A DNA stretch of 64,000 bases, taken from assembly GCA_963820825.1 (NCBI GenBank), contig CAWGBN010000006.1, positions 480,001 through 544,000 on the forward strand, written 5' to 3'. The DNA is from Vulcanimicrobiota bacterium. Lineage in GTDB: Bacteria; Vulcanimicrobiota; Vulcanimicrobiia; Vulcanimicrobiales; Vulcanimicrobiaceae. A program made the translations under genes and the position numbers. How positions within the stretch are numbered: position 1 is the first letter of the stretch; the number at the start of each line of letters is the position of its first letter. The notes under the pieces were generated by a model. The model saw only the letters and a program-made list of their open reading frames with translations. It was not told the origin of the DNA and made no database searches. Shown in pieces: positions 50,086 through 60,523 of the stretch.

Positions 50086-52025
50086 TGCTCGTCGCGGCTG
50101 CGGCGACGTTGCTGCATCTGATCCCTCGTCCGGTTCGGGTCGAAGACGTCGGCTGCGCCCGCGCGGCGAGCGTTCCGCGAAGCATCGCGGCCGGGTTCGA
50201 TCCCGGAGCGCGCGACGAGCTCGACGAGCGCTGGCGCGCGCTCGGCATCGGCGCGCTGCGCGTCGTCGCTTCCGCCGACGCGACGATCTCGGTGCGTCGC
50301 GACGCGTCGCTTGCGCCGCAAGCCTATCGCCTGATCGTCGAAGGAGGACGCGCGACGATCGAGAGCGCCGACGCCGCCGGGGCCTTCTACGGAGCGATGA
50401 CGCTCGCACAGCTTCCCGCGCGCGCGAACGGCCGTTGGTCGATACCGTGCGCGCGCATCGTAGACCGTCCGGCGTTGCCGTGGCGAGTTCTCTCCGACGA
50501 CGTCTCGCGCGGTCCGCTGCCGACGATGCGGTACTTCGAGGAGCGAATCCGCACGATCGCCGCGTTCAAGATGAACGGATACTCGCCGTACATGGAGCAC
50601 GTCTTCCTCAGCCCGACCGATCCGCTTCCGGCGCCGCTCGACGGCATCACGCCGGAGCAGCTCAAAACGCTGACGGCATACGCCGCGCGCTTCCACGTCG
50701 CGCTGATTCCCGAGCAGCAGAGCTTCGCGCACATGCACAACACCTTGCGCGTCGAGCAGTATGCCGGTGCCGCAGAGCTGCCGCACGGTTTCCTCTTGGC
50801 GCCGAACGTCGCGCTCTCGATGGAATACCTCGAGCGGATCGTTCGCCAAGAGCTCGCCGCGGTCGGCCGCCCGCCGTTCTTCCACATCGGCTCCGACGAG
50901 ACCGCGACGCTCGGCCTCGGCACGACGCAGGCATACGTCGCGCAACGAGGGCGCTCGCAAGCCTACGCCGAGCATATCGTCGCGATGAACGACCTGATCG
51001 CGCCGTCGGGGGCGCGAATTATGTTGTGGGATGACGGAATCGAAAACGATCCCGGAATCATGAAGCTGATTCCGCGTAGGGCCGTCATCGTCAACTGGCA
51101 CTACGGGAACGAGCCGAGTTTCGAGCGGTACATTCAAACGATCGCGCGCGGCGGCTTCGAGCAGATGGTCGCGCCCGGCGCGAGCAATTGGAACGAGATC
51201 TTTCCGGCAGTCGACACGGCGCTCGCGAACGAGCGCCGCTTCATCGACGAGGGAAAGGCGGCGCGCGTCCTAGGCCTCTTTCAAACCGTTTGGCACGACG
51301 ACGGCGAGACGCTTTACGAAGCGACCTGGTATCCGGTCATCTATGCAGCAGCGGCGGCCTGGCAGAACGGCGACGTCGCGCCCGAAACCTTCGCGCAGGA
51401 CTTTCCAAGTGCGTTCTTCGGCGTCGACGACGCGAGCTACAGTTCCGACGCCGCCGACCTCGCGACCGTGCTGCGCGACTTAGAGCCGGCCGATGGTGCC
51501 TACGGTCAGACCGACGCGCTCTTTTGGGCCGATCCCTTTGATCCGCTCGCGCAAAGCCAAATCGCCAACGTCGATCTGCGCCAAGTGCGCCTTGCGGCAG
51601 AGCGCGTCGAGCAGGATCGCTATTTCAGCGTTCCGCCGCTCCACGCGAACGCCGCATTCGTGATGTTTCTCGCGGCGCGGCGCTACGACGCGCTTGGGCG
51701 GAAGTTTCAAATGGCGACGGAGATGCGGTCGATGTACGCCGATGCCGTCGCTCACGCGGCATCGGATCCCGATCGCGCCGAGCGCGACCTATTCTGGTGC
51801 AAGTACTGGATGTGGGAGCTGCGCGACGCCTACGAAGGGCTCGCGCCGCTCTACGACCGCGCGTGGCAGTACGAGAGCCGCGGAGGCCATCTGGCGAGCA
51901 ATCTCGAGCGCTATCATCTCGCCGCGCAGCGGGCGATCGCGTACGCCGACGCCTTCTATCGGGTAACGCGGAAGTACGTGCAGAGCAAGACGCTACCACC
52001 GTTCGAGAGCGTGGTCACGCCCTGA
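50085..52025 (+). CDS. GH20 beta-N-acetylhexosaminidase
   Basis: DRPALPWR..DDVSRG, FKMN, IPEQQSFAH, FHIGSDE. Confidence 0.88.
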   Translation: MLVAAAATLLHLIPRPVRVEDVGCARAASVPRSIAAGFDPGARDELDERWRALGIGALRVVASADATISVRRDASLAPQAYRLIVEGGRATIESADAAGAFYGAMTLAQLPARANGRWSIPCARIVDRPALPWRVLSDDVSRGPLPTMRYFEERIRTIAAFKMNGYSPYMEHVFLSPTDPLPAPLDGITPEQLKTLTAYAARFHVALIPEQQSFAHMHNTLRVEQYAGAAELPHGFLLAPNVALSMEYLERIVRQELAAVGRPPFFHIGSDETATLGLGTTQAYVAQRGRSQAYAEHIVAMNDLIAPSGARIMLWDDGIENDPGIMKLIPRRAVIVNWHYGNEPSFERYIQTIARGGFEQMVAPGASNWNEIFPAVDTALANERRFIDEGKAARVLGLFQTVWHDDGETLYEATWYPVIYAAAAAWQNGDVAPETFAQDFPSAFFGVDDASYSSDAADLATVLRDLEPADGAYGQTDALFWADPFDPLAQSQIANVDLRQVRLAAERVEQDRYFSVPPLHANAAFVMFLAARRYDALGRKFQMATEMRSMYADAVAHAASDPDRAERDLFWCKYWMWELRDAYEGLAPLYDRAWQYESRGGHLASNLERYHLAAQRAIAYADAFYRVTRKYVQSKTLPPFESVVTP

Positions 52026-54019
52026 GCGCGGCACTCATACTCGTCGTCTTTGCGATCTTCGCGGTGCTGATGTATCGGCGTTGGATGCCCGCGCTCGTCG
52101 CCGTTCCGGCCATGGCGATTATCATGTCCCTCGTCGCCGGGGTTCCGGCCGTACGGCTCGGCAGCATCGTTACCGCCGGCGCGGTGCAGCTCGCGCCGGT
52201 CTACGTTGCGGTGATCTTTGGCGCGCTGCTCGGCCGCGTGACGATCGAGACCGGGATCGCGCGCACGATCGTCGATCTCGCCGCCGAGTACGGCGGGGAG
52301 CGCCCACTCGTGCTTTCGCTCGGCTTCTGCGCGATCGTCGCGGTGCTCTTCACCTCGCTCTCGGGCCTCGGCGGCATCATCATGGTCGGATCGATCGTGC
52401 TCCCGATCATGATGACCGCGGGCGTGCCGCGCACCATCGCCGCAACGCTCTTCTTAATGGGATTTGCGCTCGGCTTCATCTTCAACATTGCGAACTGGAC
52501 CTTCTATACGAAGTACTTTGGCGTGAGCGCGCCGGAGCTTATCCGGTATGCGATCGTGCTTGCCGTCATCGACGCCGTCGCGCTGGTCCTCTACGCGGCG
52601 ATCTCGTTTCGCCGCGAGCGCGGTTACGCGACGTGGGCCGTTCGCGCCGAGCCGGAAGAGCGTCCGCGCGTCTCCGCAATTGCGCTGCTGACGCCGGTCC
52701 TCCCGCTCGTCCTGTACTACGCGTTGCGGATCGAGGCGGCGCCGGCCTTTCTCGTCGCCGCGCTCTTCGGCGTCGTCGTCACCCGCCCGAGCGAGGCGGT
52801 GCCGCGCCTCGTCGCCGCGGCGATCCGCGGCATCGAGGACGTCGCTCCGGCAGTGCTGCTCTTCATGGGCATCGGAATGCTGCTCGTCGCAACGCACGAG
52901 CCGCAGTTCGCCGCAGCGTTGCAGCCGCTGGTCTCCGGAGGCTGGCTTCGCAACCCGTATGCGTACGTGTTGCTCTTCGGCGTAGCGAGCCCGCTGGTGC
53001 TCTATCGCGGACCGCTCAATCCCTTCGGCGTCGGGATCGCGATCTTCACCGCGCTCTTGGCGGCGCACGTCTTGCCGCCGGTCGCGATCGTCGCCGCGAT
53101 CATGGCCGTCGTCCAAGTCCAGAACGTCTGCGATCCGACGAATACCGCGAACGTCTGGATTGCCAACTTCACCGGCGTGCCGATCGACGTCATCACCAAA
53201 CGCACGCTCGGCTATCAAACCGCGGTCGCCGTCGCGGCGACCATCGTCGTGGTCGTCGCCTCGCCCGCGCTTTTCGGGCAACGTCCATTTACGGCCCTGA
53301 TCTCCGCTGCGTCGGCGCAGGAGATGCTGCCTGGATTCTACGCGCCGGCTGCGGCGAAAGATCGCATCGCGGTCGACGATGACGGAACGCCGCTCGCGCG
53401 CGCCGCGGCCGATGCCGTCGGAGCGGCGCTCGCGAGCGGTCCGTGGCAGACGATCCGCGTGCACGAAGATCCAAATGCGAGCGACTGCGTCACGAGACGC
53501 TACGCCGCCTACGTCTACGTAACGGCGACGACGTTCTCGCTCGTCGAAGGCGACGACGTCGACGTCGGCGTGCGCCTGCAGGATTGCGGCGGATGGATCG
53601 TCTCGGAATGGCACGATCACGAAGTCGTTGCGCCGCCGCCCGGAGCCTCAACGGCGCGGCGGCTCGCGCTCCAAGGCGTCGACCGCCTTCATGCGTGGGC
53701 AACCGGCGACCCCGTTCGCAGCGCGAATCTCTTCGGTACCGGCGTCGCCGCGCGGGCGGGCGATAAGCCGACCTATTTCTACGCCTTTTTCAGAAGCGGT
53801 GACGGCAATCTGCGCGCGTACGTCCGTGCCGGCGGTCCCGCGTACGTTGCGGGCTTGCGCTCGGGCGACGTCATCGAAGATATCGACGGTCTGCCGTGGT
53901 GGCAGTACGGTACGTTTCAATCCGAGCGTCTCGCCTACGACGGCAAGCCGCACCGCTTTGAAATCGCACGGGGGAAGCGGCAGATCGAGATCACGCTCGG
54001 TGCGCCGTTTACCGCATGA
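52022..54019 (+). CDS. Multi-pass transporter (GntP/citrate-like) with soluble PDZ-like C-terminus
   Basis: About 11 hydrophobic segments, CDPTNTANVW; tail GPAYVAGLRSGDVIEDIDG; start uncertain (52022 or 52070). Confidence 0.7.
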   Translation: MSAALILVVFAIFAVLMYRRWMPALVAVPAMAIIMSLVAGVPAVRLGSIVTAGAVQLAPVYVAVIFGALLGRVTIETGIARTIVDLAAEYGGERPLVLSLGFCAIVAVLFTSLSGLGGIIMVGSIVLPIMMTAGVPRTIAATLFLMGFALGFIFNIANWTFYTKYFGVSAPELIRYAIVLAVIDAVALVLYAAISFRRERGYATWAVRAEPEERPRVSAIALLTPVLPLVLYYALRIEAAPAFLVAALFGVVVTRPSEAVPRLVAAAIRGIEDVAPAVLLFMGIGMLLVATHEPQFAAALQPLVSGGWLRNPYAYVLLFGVASPLVLYRGPLNPFGVGIAIFTALLAAHVLPPVAIVAAIMAVVQVQNVCDPTNTANVWIANFTGVPIDVITKRTLGYQTAVAVAATIVVVVASPALFGQRPFTALISAASAQEMLPGFYAPAAAKDRIAVDDDGTPLARAAADAVGAALASGPWQTIRVHEDPNASDCVTRRYAAYVYVTATTFSLVEGDDVDVGVRLQDCGGWIVSEWHDHEVVAPPPGASTARRLALQGVDRLHAWATGDPVRSANLFGTGVAARAGDKPTYFYAFFRSGDGNLRAYVRAGGPAYVAGLRSGDVIEDIDGLPWWQYGTFQSERLAYDGKPHRFEIARGKRQIEITLGAPFTA

Positions 54020-54741
54020 AGCCGACCGAGCGTTTCGGCACGCGCGCGAAAGCCTATGCCGCGTTTCGTCCGTCGTATCCATCGGCTGCGATCGACGCGG
54101 CGCTCGACGGTCTGGGCGACCCGAAGACGCTGACGATCGCCGATCTTGGCGCCGGCACGGGAATCTCGGCACGGCTCTTTGCCGATCGCGGCGTCTCGGT
54201 GATCGCGATCGAGCCGAACGCAAAGATGCGCGGCGCGGCCGAGCCGCACGGGTCGGTCACGTGGCGCGAGGGGACGGGCGAGCAGACCGGTCTTGCCGAT
54301 GCAAGCGTCGACGCGATCGTCGCCTGTCAGGCCTTTCACTGGTTCGCAACGCCGCAAGCGCTGCGCGAGTTCCGGCGGGTTGCGCGCCGGCGCGCCGTCG
54401 TGCTGCAATACGAGCGCGACGAGCGGGACGAATTCACGCGAGCCTACGGCGACATCATGCGAGCGTACGCAACCGACGATACCGAAGATCTCCGCCGCCG
54501 CGCGCTGGAGTTTTTCGCCGCGTTCCCCGGCGCAGGGATCACGCGCAGCGAGCATCGCTCGCGCCAGCGGCTCGATCGCGCGGCGCTGCTCGGGCGCGCG
54601 GCCTCGTCGTCGTACCTTCCGCAGACCGGTCCCGATGCGGAACGCTTGCGACGCGACCTGCACGAGCTCTTCGACCGGTACGCGCGCGACGGATACGCCG
54701 AACTCGCGATGGTGACGTACGCGCTCGTCGCCGGCTGGTAA
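54016..54741 (+). CDS. Class I SAM-dependent methyltransferase
   Basis: RPSYP, ADLGAGTGIS, QAFHWF. Confidence 0.9.
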   Translation: MKPTERFGTRAKAYAAFRPSYPSAAIDAALDGLGDPKTLTIADLGAGTGISARLFADRGVSVIAIEPNAKMRGAAEPHGSVTWREGTGEQTGLADASVDAIVACQAFHWFATPQALREFRRVARRRAVVLQYERDERDEFTRAYGDIMRAYATDDTEDLRRRALEFFAAFPGAGITRSEHRSRQRLDRAALLGRAASSSYLPQTGPDAERLRRDLHELFDRYARDGYAELAMVTYALVAGW

Positions 54742-54742
54742 C

Positions 54743-56893
54743 GTGGAGCGCTCGGGGCAGCGGCGGATCCGCGTCGGCATCGACGTCGGCGGGACGTTCA
54801 CCGACGTCGTGGCCGTCGATGCCGCGACGCGCGCGCTGCTCGCGGTGGTCAAGGTGCCGACGACGCACGACGCGCCCGAGGGCGTCGCCGCCGGGATCGT
54901 CGCGGGCATCGCGCGACTGCTCGCCGGCGCGTCGATCGACGCGCGCGACGTCGCCTTCATCGCGCACTCGACGACCCAGGCGACCAATGCATTGCTGGAG
55001 GGCGATCTCGCCCGCGTCGGCGTGATCGGTCTGCTCGATGGTTTGTCGTGGCTTGCGAAGCGGCAGATGCACTTTGGGAGCGTTCCGCTCGCGGGGACCG
55101 CGCCGTTCGCGCCCGACTTTGCCTTCGCTCGGGCGAACGACGAACGATCGGTGCGCGCCGGAATCGACGGGCTCCTCGCGCGCGGCGCGCAGGCGATCGC
55201 GGCGAGCGAAAGCTTCGGCGTCGACCGGCCCGCGAACGAATCGCTCGCCGTCGAATACGCACGCGCCCATGGCCTCGATGCGACGAGCGGACATGACGTG
55301 AGCACCGCCTACGGTTTGCGCGCGCGCACGCGAACCGCCGCGCTCAACGCCGCGATTCTCCCCAAGATGGTGCGTACCGCGCGCGTGACCGCGGGCGCGG
55401 TCGAGCGCGCGGCGATTCCCGCGCCGCTAATGGTGATGCGGAGCGACGGCGGCGTGATGGACGTGCGCGAGATCGAGCGGCGGCCGATCTTGACGCTGCT
55501 CTCGGGTCCGGCCGCGGGCGTCGCGGGCGCGCTGCTCTACGAGCGGTTGAGCGAAGGAATCTTCATCGAGGTCGGCGGCACGAGCTCGGACTGCTCGGCG
55601 ATTCGCGCCGGCCGCCCGCAGATGCAGCCGGCCCGCATCGGCGGCCATCGCACGATGCTGCGCACGCTCGACGTGCGGACGCTCGGGATCGGCGGCGGCA
55701 GCATGGTACGGCTCGAGGGTAAGGCAATACGCGATGTCGGACCGCGCAGCGCGCACATCGCCGGCTGTCTGTACGCCTCATTCGTCTCGCCGGATGCACT
55801 CGACGGTGCGCGGGTAGAACGCATCGCGCCCACCCCACGCGACGCGGCCGAATACGCGGCGCTCGTCGCGAGCGACGGAAGGCGCATCGCGCCGACCGTA
55901 ACCTGTGCGGCAAATCTGCTCGGAGCGATTCCGTCCGGCGCCTTTGCCGCCGGCAACGCGGAGGCGGCACGCCGCGCCTTCGAGTTGCTCGCGCACCATC
56001 TCGGGGGCGATCCGCTCGCGCTCGCTCGCGACGTCCTCGCAATTGCCGCCGAAAAGGTGCAAGCGACGGTCGAACGGCTCGTCGCCGAATACGAGCTCGA
56101 GGTTGGGTCGGTCTCGATCGTCGGCGGCGGCGGCGGCGCGGGTGCGCTCGTTCCGGCGATCGCGCAGCGGATGCGGACTCCCTATCGGATCGCGCGCGAC
56201 GCGGAGGTGATCGCGCCGATCGGCGTCGCGCTCGCCCTGGTGCGCGACAGCGTCGAGCGAACGATCGCCGCGCCGTCGCCTCGCGAGATCGCACGGATTC
56301 GCCGCGAGGCGGCCGATCGCGTGATCGCCGCCGGCGCCTCGCCCGACCGCGTCGAGGTCGAGATCGAAATCGATACGCAGCGCAATCGCGTTCGGGCGAC
56401 GGCGTCGGGTGCGACGGCGCTCGTCGAATCGGCCGCAACTCTCGCGACGACCGAGGACGAACGCCGCGTCGCCGCCGCCGACTCGATGCGCTGCACGTCC
56501 GGCGAGCTCGAGCGGGTCGAGCTGACGCCCTCGCTATCGGGATATTGCCGGCGACGCGTCGAGAGCGCGGCGCTGCGGCGTCGGCGCGAGATCGGCGATC
56601 TGCGCGTCGTCGACGAGCGCGGCGTCGTCCGCCTCGCACTTCGCGATCCGGTTTTGACGTTGACGAACGCCGGCGAGCTCGCTGCGCGCGTGCGCGATGC
56701 GATCGAACGCGAGACGCGTTTCGGCGACGTCGGGCGTGCGCTTCCCGCGCTCTACCTCTTACGCGGCGCGCGAATTGCGGCGTTCGAGGGCTTGACGAGC
56801 GCCGAGCAAGGCGCGCAGCTCGCCGCGGAAGAGACGCACGGCTGCGCGCCGGAGGAACGTGTCGCGCTGCTCCTCGTCGCGCGCGAGGCTTAG
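54743..56893 (+). CDS. Hydantoinase/oxoprolinase family protein
   Basis: GIDVGGTFTD, HSTTQATNALLEG, SGPAAG, EVGGTSSD, GIGGGS. Confidence 0.88.
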   Translation: MERSGQRRIRVGIDVGGTFTDVVAVDAATRALLAVVKVPTTHDAPEGVAAGIVAGIARLLAGASIDARDVAFIAHSTTQATNALLEGDLARVGVIGLLDGLSWLAKRQMHFGSVPLAGTAPFAPDFAFARANDERSVRAGIDGLLARGAQAIAASESFGVDRPANESLAVEYARAHGLDATSGHDVSTAYGLRARTRTAALNAAILPKMVRTARVTAGAVERAAIPAPLMVMRSDGGVMDVREIERRPILTLLSGPAAGVAGALLYERLSEGIFIEVGGTSSDCSAIRAGRPQMQPARIGGHRTMLRTLDVRTLGIGGGSMVRLEGKAIRDVGPRSAHIAGCLYASFVSPDALDGARVERIAPTPRDAAEYAALVASDGRRIAPTVTCAANLLGAIPSGAFAAGNAEAARRAFELLAHHLGGDPLALARDVLAIAAEKVQATVERLVAEYELEVGSVSIVGGGGGAGALVPAIAQRMRTPYRIARDAEVIAPIGVALALVRDSVERTIAAPSPREIARIRREAADRVIAAGASPDRVEVEIEIDTQRNRVRATASGATALVESAATLATTEDERRVAAADSMRCTSGELERVELTPSLSGYCRRRVESAALRRRREIGDLRVVDERGVVRLALRDPVLTLTNAGELAARVRDAIERETRFGDVGRALPALYLLRGARIAAFEGLTSAEQGAQLAAEETHGCAPEERVALLLVAREA

Positions 56894-58407
56894 TTCACGC
56901 GCGGCTGTTTGACCGCTAGGCGTTCTGCCTCTTCAAGCGCTACGGTACTCTTGCGTATGCCATAGGTGAAGTAGAAGACGAGTCCGACAACGAGCCAGAT
57001 CAGGAACCAGAGCCAAACAATTGGGAAGCCGTAGAACTCCGGGTTGCCGACCCGCAGGTAGTAGATCAAGCCGAACGCGGTAATCGCCGAGAGCACCGGA
57101 ATGATGTATGGTCCCAAAGGCAGCTGGAAAGATCCCTTCATTTCGGGATGACGCAGACGTAGTATCGGAACGGCGATAGAGACCAGGATAAACGCTGCGA
57201 GCGTACCCATATTGGTCAGCGAGCCCACGATATTGATCGGTGTTATCGCTGCTATAACCGCGATGCAGATGCCGAAGAAGAGCGTTGAAAAAATCGGAGT
57301 TCGCCACGTCGGGTGGATTCGCGTGAACGACGGAGGGATCAGGCGGTCGCGAGACATTGCGAAGAAGATGCGGCTCTGCCCGAACATCATCACGAGTAGC
57401 ACGGTCGTTAAGCCGGCGATCGCACCGACCGATATGATGACGCCAGCCCAGCCCAAACCGATGTAGTTCATTGCAAAAGCCACCGGATAGGCGACGTTGA
57501 GCTTGTAGAATGGCACCATCCCGTTGAGAATCGCGACCACGATGATGTAGAGAACGGTACAGACTATCAAGCTCATGATAATGCCGAAGGGTAGGTCTCG
57601 CCCGGGATTGCGAGCCTCTTCTGCGGTGGTGGATACGGCATCGAAGCCGATGTACGCAAAAAAGATGAACGCTGCGCCGCCGAGCATTCCCGCAACCCCA
57701 AACGGGAAGTACCCGCCCAAGCCCGCCGGACCGCCCGGCGGTATGTGGTAGTTGGCGCCGTTGATATGACCGACTCCGATTGCGATGAAGAAGAGAACGA
57801 TCAACAGCTTGATGGCGACTATTACGGCGTTCACCGAGCCGGACTCACGCGTTCCTCGTGCAAGCAACGCGGTAATCACCAGAATAATGCCGGCTGCGGG
57901 TAGGTTGGCATAGCCGGAAACCCCAGCCTGACCTGGGAGACCCCAGTGCGGCCCGTTCGTCCATTCGGGCGGGATGTTCAAGAAACTCAGCCCCGTTTGA
58001 TGCAATATGTTAACGAAATAACCAGACCAACCGATGCTAACGGTTGCGGCGCCAAGCGCGTACTCCAGGACGAGATCCCAACCAATGATCCACGCCAATA
58101 GCTCTCCGAGTGTCGCATATGTATACGTGTATGCGCTTCCCGAAATCGGAATCTTGCTCGAGACTTCGGCGTAGCAGAGCGCGGCGAGCCCGCTGACGAT
58201 GCCGGCGACCACGAACGAGATCGTGATCGACGGGCCCGCGCGCGTGGCCGATGCGACGCCGGTCAAAACGAAGATGCCGGTACCGATGATCGCACCGATG
58301 CCCATCGCGGTGAGCGCCCACGGCCCGAGCGAGCGTTTGAGGCCGTGCGTTTCATCGCTCCCCTCGGCAAGAATGCGCGCGAGCGGTTTTACCCGTTGCA
58401 TCAACAT
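56890..58407 (-). CDS. APC-family amino acid permease
   Basis: GAIIGTGIFVL, GSAYTY, FFAYIGFD, EEARNP, SRIFFAMSRD. Confidence 0.92.
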   Translation of the reverse strand: MLMQRVKPLARILAEGSDETHGLKRSLGPWALTAMGIGAIIGTGIFVLTGVASATRAGPSITISFVVAGIVSGLAALCYAEVSSKIPISGSAYTYTYATLGELLAWIIGWDLVLEYALGAATVSIGWSGYFVNILHQTGLSFLNIPPEWTNGPHWGLPGQAGVSGYANLPAAGIILVITALLARGTRESGSVNAVIVAIKLLIVLFFIAIGVGHINGANYHIPPGGPAGLGGYFPFGVAGMLGGAAFIFFAYIGFDAVSTTAEEARNPGRDLPFGIIMSLIVCTVLYIIVVAILNGMVPFYKLNVAYPVAFAMNYIGLGWAGVIISVGAIAGLTTVLLVMMFGQSRIFFAMSRDRLIPPSFTRIHPTWRTPIFSTLFFGICIAVIAAITPINIVGSLTNMGTLAAFILVSIAVPILRLRHPEMKGSFQLPLGPYIIPVLSAITAFGLIYYLRVGNPEFYGFPIVWLWFLIWLVVGLVFYFTYGIRKSTVALEEAERLAVKQPRVN

Positions 58408-58419
58408 GTCGAACCCTCT

Positions 58420-58848
58420 CTAGCGGAGGAAGCGGATGGCGAAGGGGTAGGTGTAACTGCGGCCTTCGCTTGCGGCCAGCGTTCCCAGAATGACGAAGAG
58501 AATCGAGGCCAGCACGATGACCAACGAGCCGACGGCGAAGGCGACCCAGAGCGCCGCGAGATTGAACCCGGCGGTCGTCGATCCGGCGGTGGAGAGCGGC
58601 ACGATGAAACCAAAGGTCGCCGCGAGCGCGACGATCACCGCGAGGATCGCCAGTATCGAAATCGTGATTTGGTAGTTCAGCGACGCCCGCGCGTGCTCGC
58701 CGACGAACTCCGACTCGGGCCCTTTGATCAAGTAGACGACGAGCGGTCCAAGGACGTGGCCGAACGGCAGGCCCGCAACCGCGACGAGCGCGCTCAAGTG
58801 CGCGGCCATCGCCCAGTTCCGTTCCTGCGCAACGACTTGAACTTGCAT
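58420..58848 (-). CDS. DUF4870-like membrane protein
   Basis: WAMAAHLS, HARASLNYQIT, YTYPFAIRF. Confidence 0.8.
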   Translation of the reverse strand: MQVQVVAQERNWAMAAHLSALVAVAGLPFGHVLGPLVVYLIKGPESEFVGEHARASLNYQITISILAILAVIVALAATFGFIVPLSTAGSTTAGFNLAALWVAFAVGSLVIVLASILFVILGTLAASEGRSYTYPFAIRFLR

Positions 58849-58874
58849 GGCGGGTTATTTTGGAAGGCGCGGAA

Positions 58875-60221
58875 ATGGCCTGCATGCCCGATTGCGACGT
58901 CTTGGTCGTCGGCGGGGGCAACGCCGGTTGCGCGGCGGCAATCGCCGCCGCACGCCACGGCGCGCGCACGCTGCTGATCGAGCGCTACGGTTTCCTCGGT
59001 GGAACGGCGACCGCGGCGATGGTCGGCCCGTGGATGACCTTTCACTCCGCGACGGAGCGCATCGTCGGCGGCATTGCCGAGGAGATCGTCGAGCGCTTGA
59101 TGCGCAAGGGTGCCTCGCCCGGACATCTCAACGACTCCTCCGACTACGTTGCGTCGATTACGCCCTTCGACCCCGAGGTCCACAAGGCGCTGCTCTTGGA
59201 GATGATGCGCGAAGCCGGCGTCGCGATGCTGCTGCACGCGTACTTTCTCGCCGCCGAGGTCGACGACACGACGGTGACCGGCGCGACCGTTGCGACGATC
59301 GGCGGCACGCGCACCTACGGCGGAGGCATCGTGATCGATGCGACTGCCGACGCGCTGGTCGCGGCATCGGCCGGGGTGCCGACGCAGCAGGGCGACGAAC
59401 GGGGACGCGTCCAGCCGGCGACGTTGATCTTTCGCTTGAGCCACGTCGATCTCGACGAGCTCGCGCAGTACGTGCGCGAACATCCCGAGGAGATGCGCAG
59501 CTCGATTCCGCCCGCGGAGCGCACCGCGCAACGCCTTACCGCCGTCGCGGGGCTCTACTCGCTCTGGGAGCGGGCGCGCGAGGACGGCATCGTCGACGTC
59601 CAGCGCGAACTGGTCTCGTTCTTCATCTCGCCCTACCCCGACGAAGTCACGGTCAACATGACGCGCGTCGTCGACGTCGATCCGCTCGATCCTGACGACT
59701 TGACGCGGGCCGAGGTCGAGTCGCGGTTGCAGGCGATGCAGTTGTTCGAGTTCTTTCGCACCCGCGTTCCCGGGTTTGCCAACGCGCGCATCGCCGGTAG
59801 CGGCACGCAGGTGGGTATTCGCGAGTCGCGGCGGATCGTCGGACGTTACACGCTCACGCGCGACGACGTCCTGGGCGCGCGCAAGTTCGAGGACGCCGTA
59901 GCGCGCAGCGCCTATCCCATCGACGTGCACAATCCGCGTGGAAGCGGGACGACGACGCAGCGGCTCGCACCGGGTGAAAGCTACGAGATTCCGTATCGCA
60001 CGCTCGTGCCGGTCAACCGCGAGCAGCTGCTGGTCGCCGGGCGATGCATCTCAACCACGCACGAAGCGCTTGCGTCGACGCGGCTCACGCCGACGGTGAT
60101 GACGCTGGGCCAGGCCGCCGGCACCGCGGCGGCAATTGCCTGCGCCCGTGGAATACGTGTGGGCGACGTCGATACGCGCGAGCTGCGCGAACGGCTCGTC
60201 GCCGACGGAGTGATGATTTGA
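58875..60221 (+). CDS. FAD-dependent oxidoreductase
   Basis: VVGGGNAGCAAAIAAAR, IDATAD, GIRESRRI, LLVAGRCIS, GQAAG. Confidence 0.9.
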   Translation: MACMPDCDVLVVGGGNAGCAAAIAAARHGARTLLIERYGFLGGTATAAMVGPWMTFHSATERIVGGIAEEIVERLMRKGASPGHLNDSSDYVASITPFDPEVHKALLLEMMREAGVAMLLHAYFLAAEVDDTTVTGATVATIGGTRTYGGGIVIDATADALVAASAGVPTQQGDERGRVQPATLIFRLSHVDLDELAQYVREHPEEMRSSIPPAERTAQRLTAVAGLYSLWERAREDGIVDVQRELVSFFISPYPDEVTVNMTRVVDVDPLDPDDLTRAEVESRLQAMQLFEFFRTRVPGFANARIAGSGTQVGIRESRRIVGRYTLTRDDVLGARKFEDAVARSAYPIDVHNPRGSGTTTQRLAPGESYEIPYRTLVPVNREQLLVAGRCISTTHEALASTRLTPTVMTLGQAAGTAAAIACARGIRVGDVDTRELRERLVADGVMI

Positions 60222-60523
60222 GCCGCGCCCTTGCGCGGGCGCGCGCCTACGGCGTTGCGATTCGCTTCGCCGACCTCGGCGATTGGGGACGGGACGAGCT
60301 GCGCTCGGAGTACGACCCTGTGCTTGCGGAGATTCGGCTGAACATTCGCGTCGCCGCATCGCTTCCGGTCGAGCGGCTCGGCGAGTTCGTCGCGCTCGCG
60401 GTCGGTCACGAGCTCTACCACCATCGCGAGCGAATCGGCGAGGTGACGGTGATCGTCGATCGGCACGCGCGCGAATCCGCGGCGGCCGATTTCGCACGCG
60501 CGCTCGTGGGCGACGATGCATGA
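60218..60523 (+). CDS. Small HExxH-motif protein
   Basis: GHELYH and ESAAADFA; overlaps neighbouring start/stop codons. Confidence 0.55.
   Translation: MSRALARARAYGVAIRFADLGDWGRDELRSEYDPVLAEIRLNIRVAASLPVERLGEFVALAVGHELYHHRERIGEVTVIVDRHARESAAADFARALVGDDA

Noticed and set aside
49725..55305. Long antisense ORFs (e.g. 49725..51137, 52454..53620, 53935..55305)
   Set aside because: Shadow ORFs typical of high-GC DNA, opposite well-supported genes
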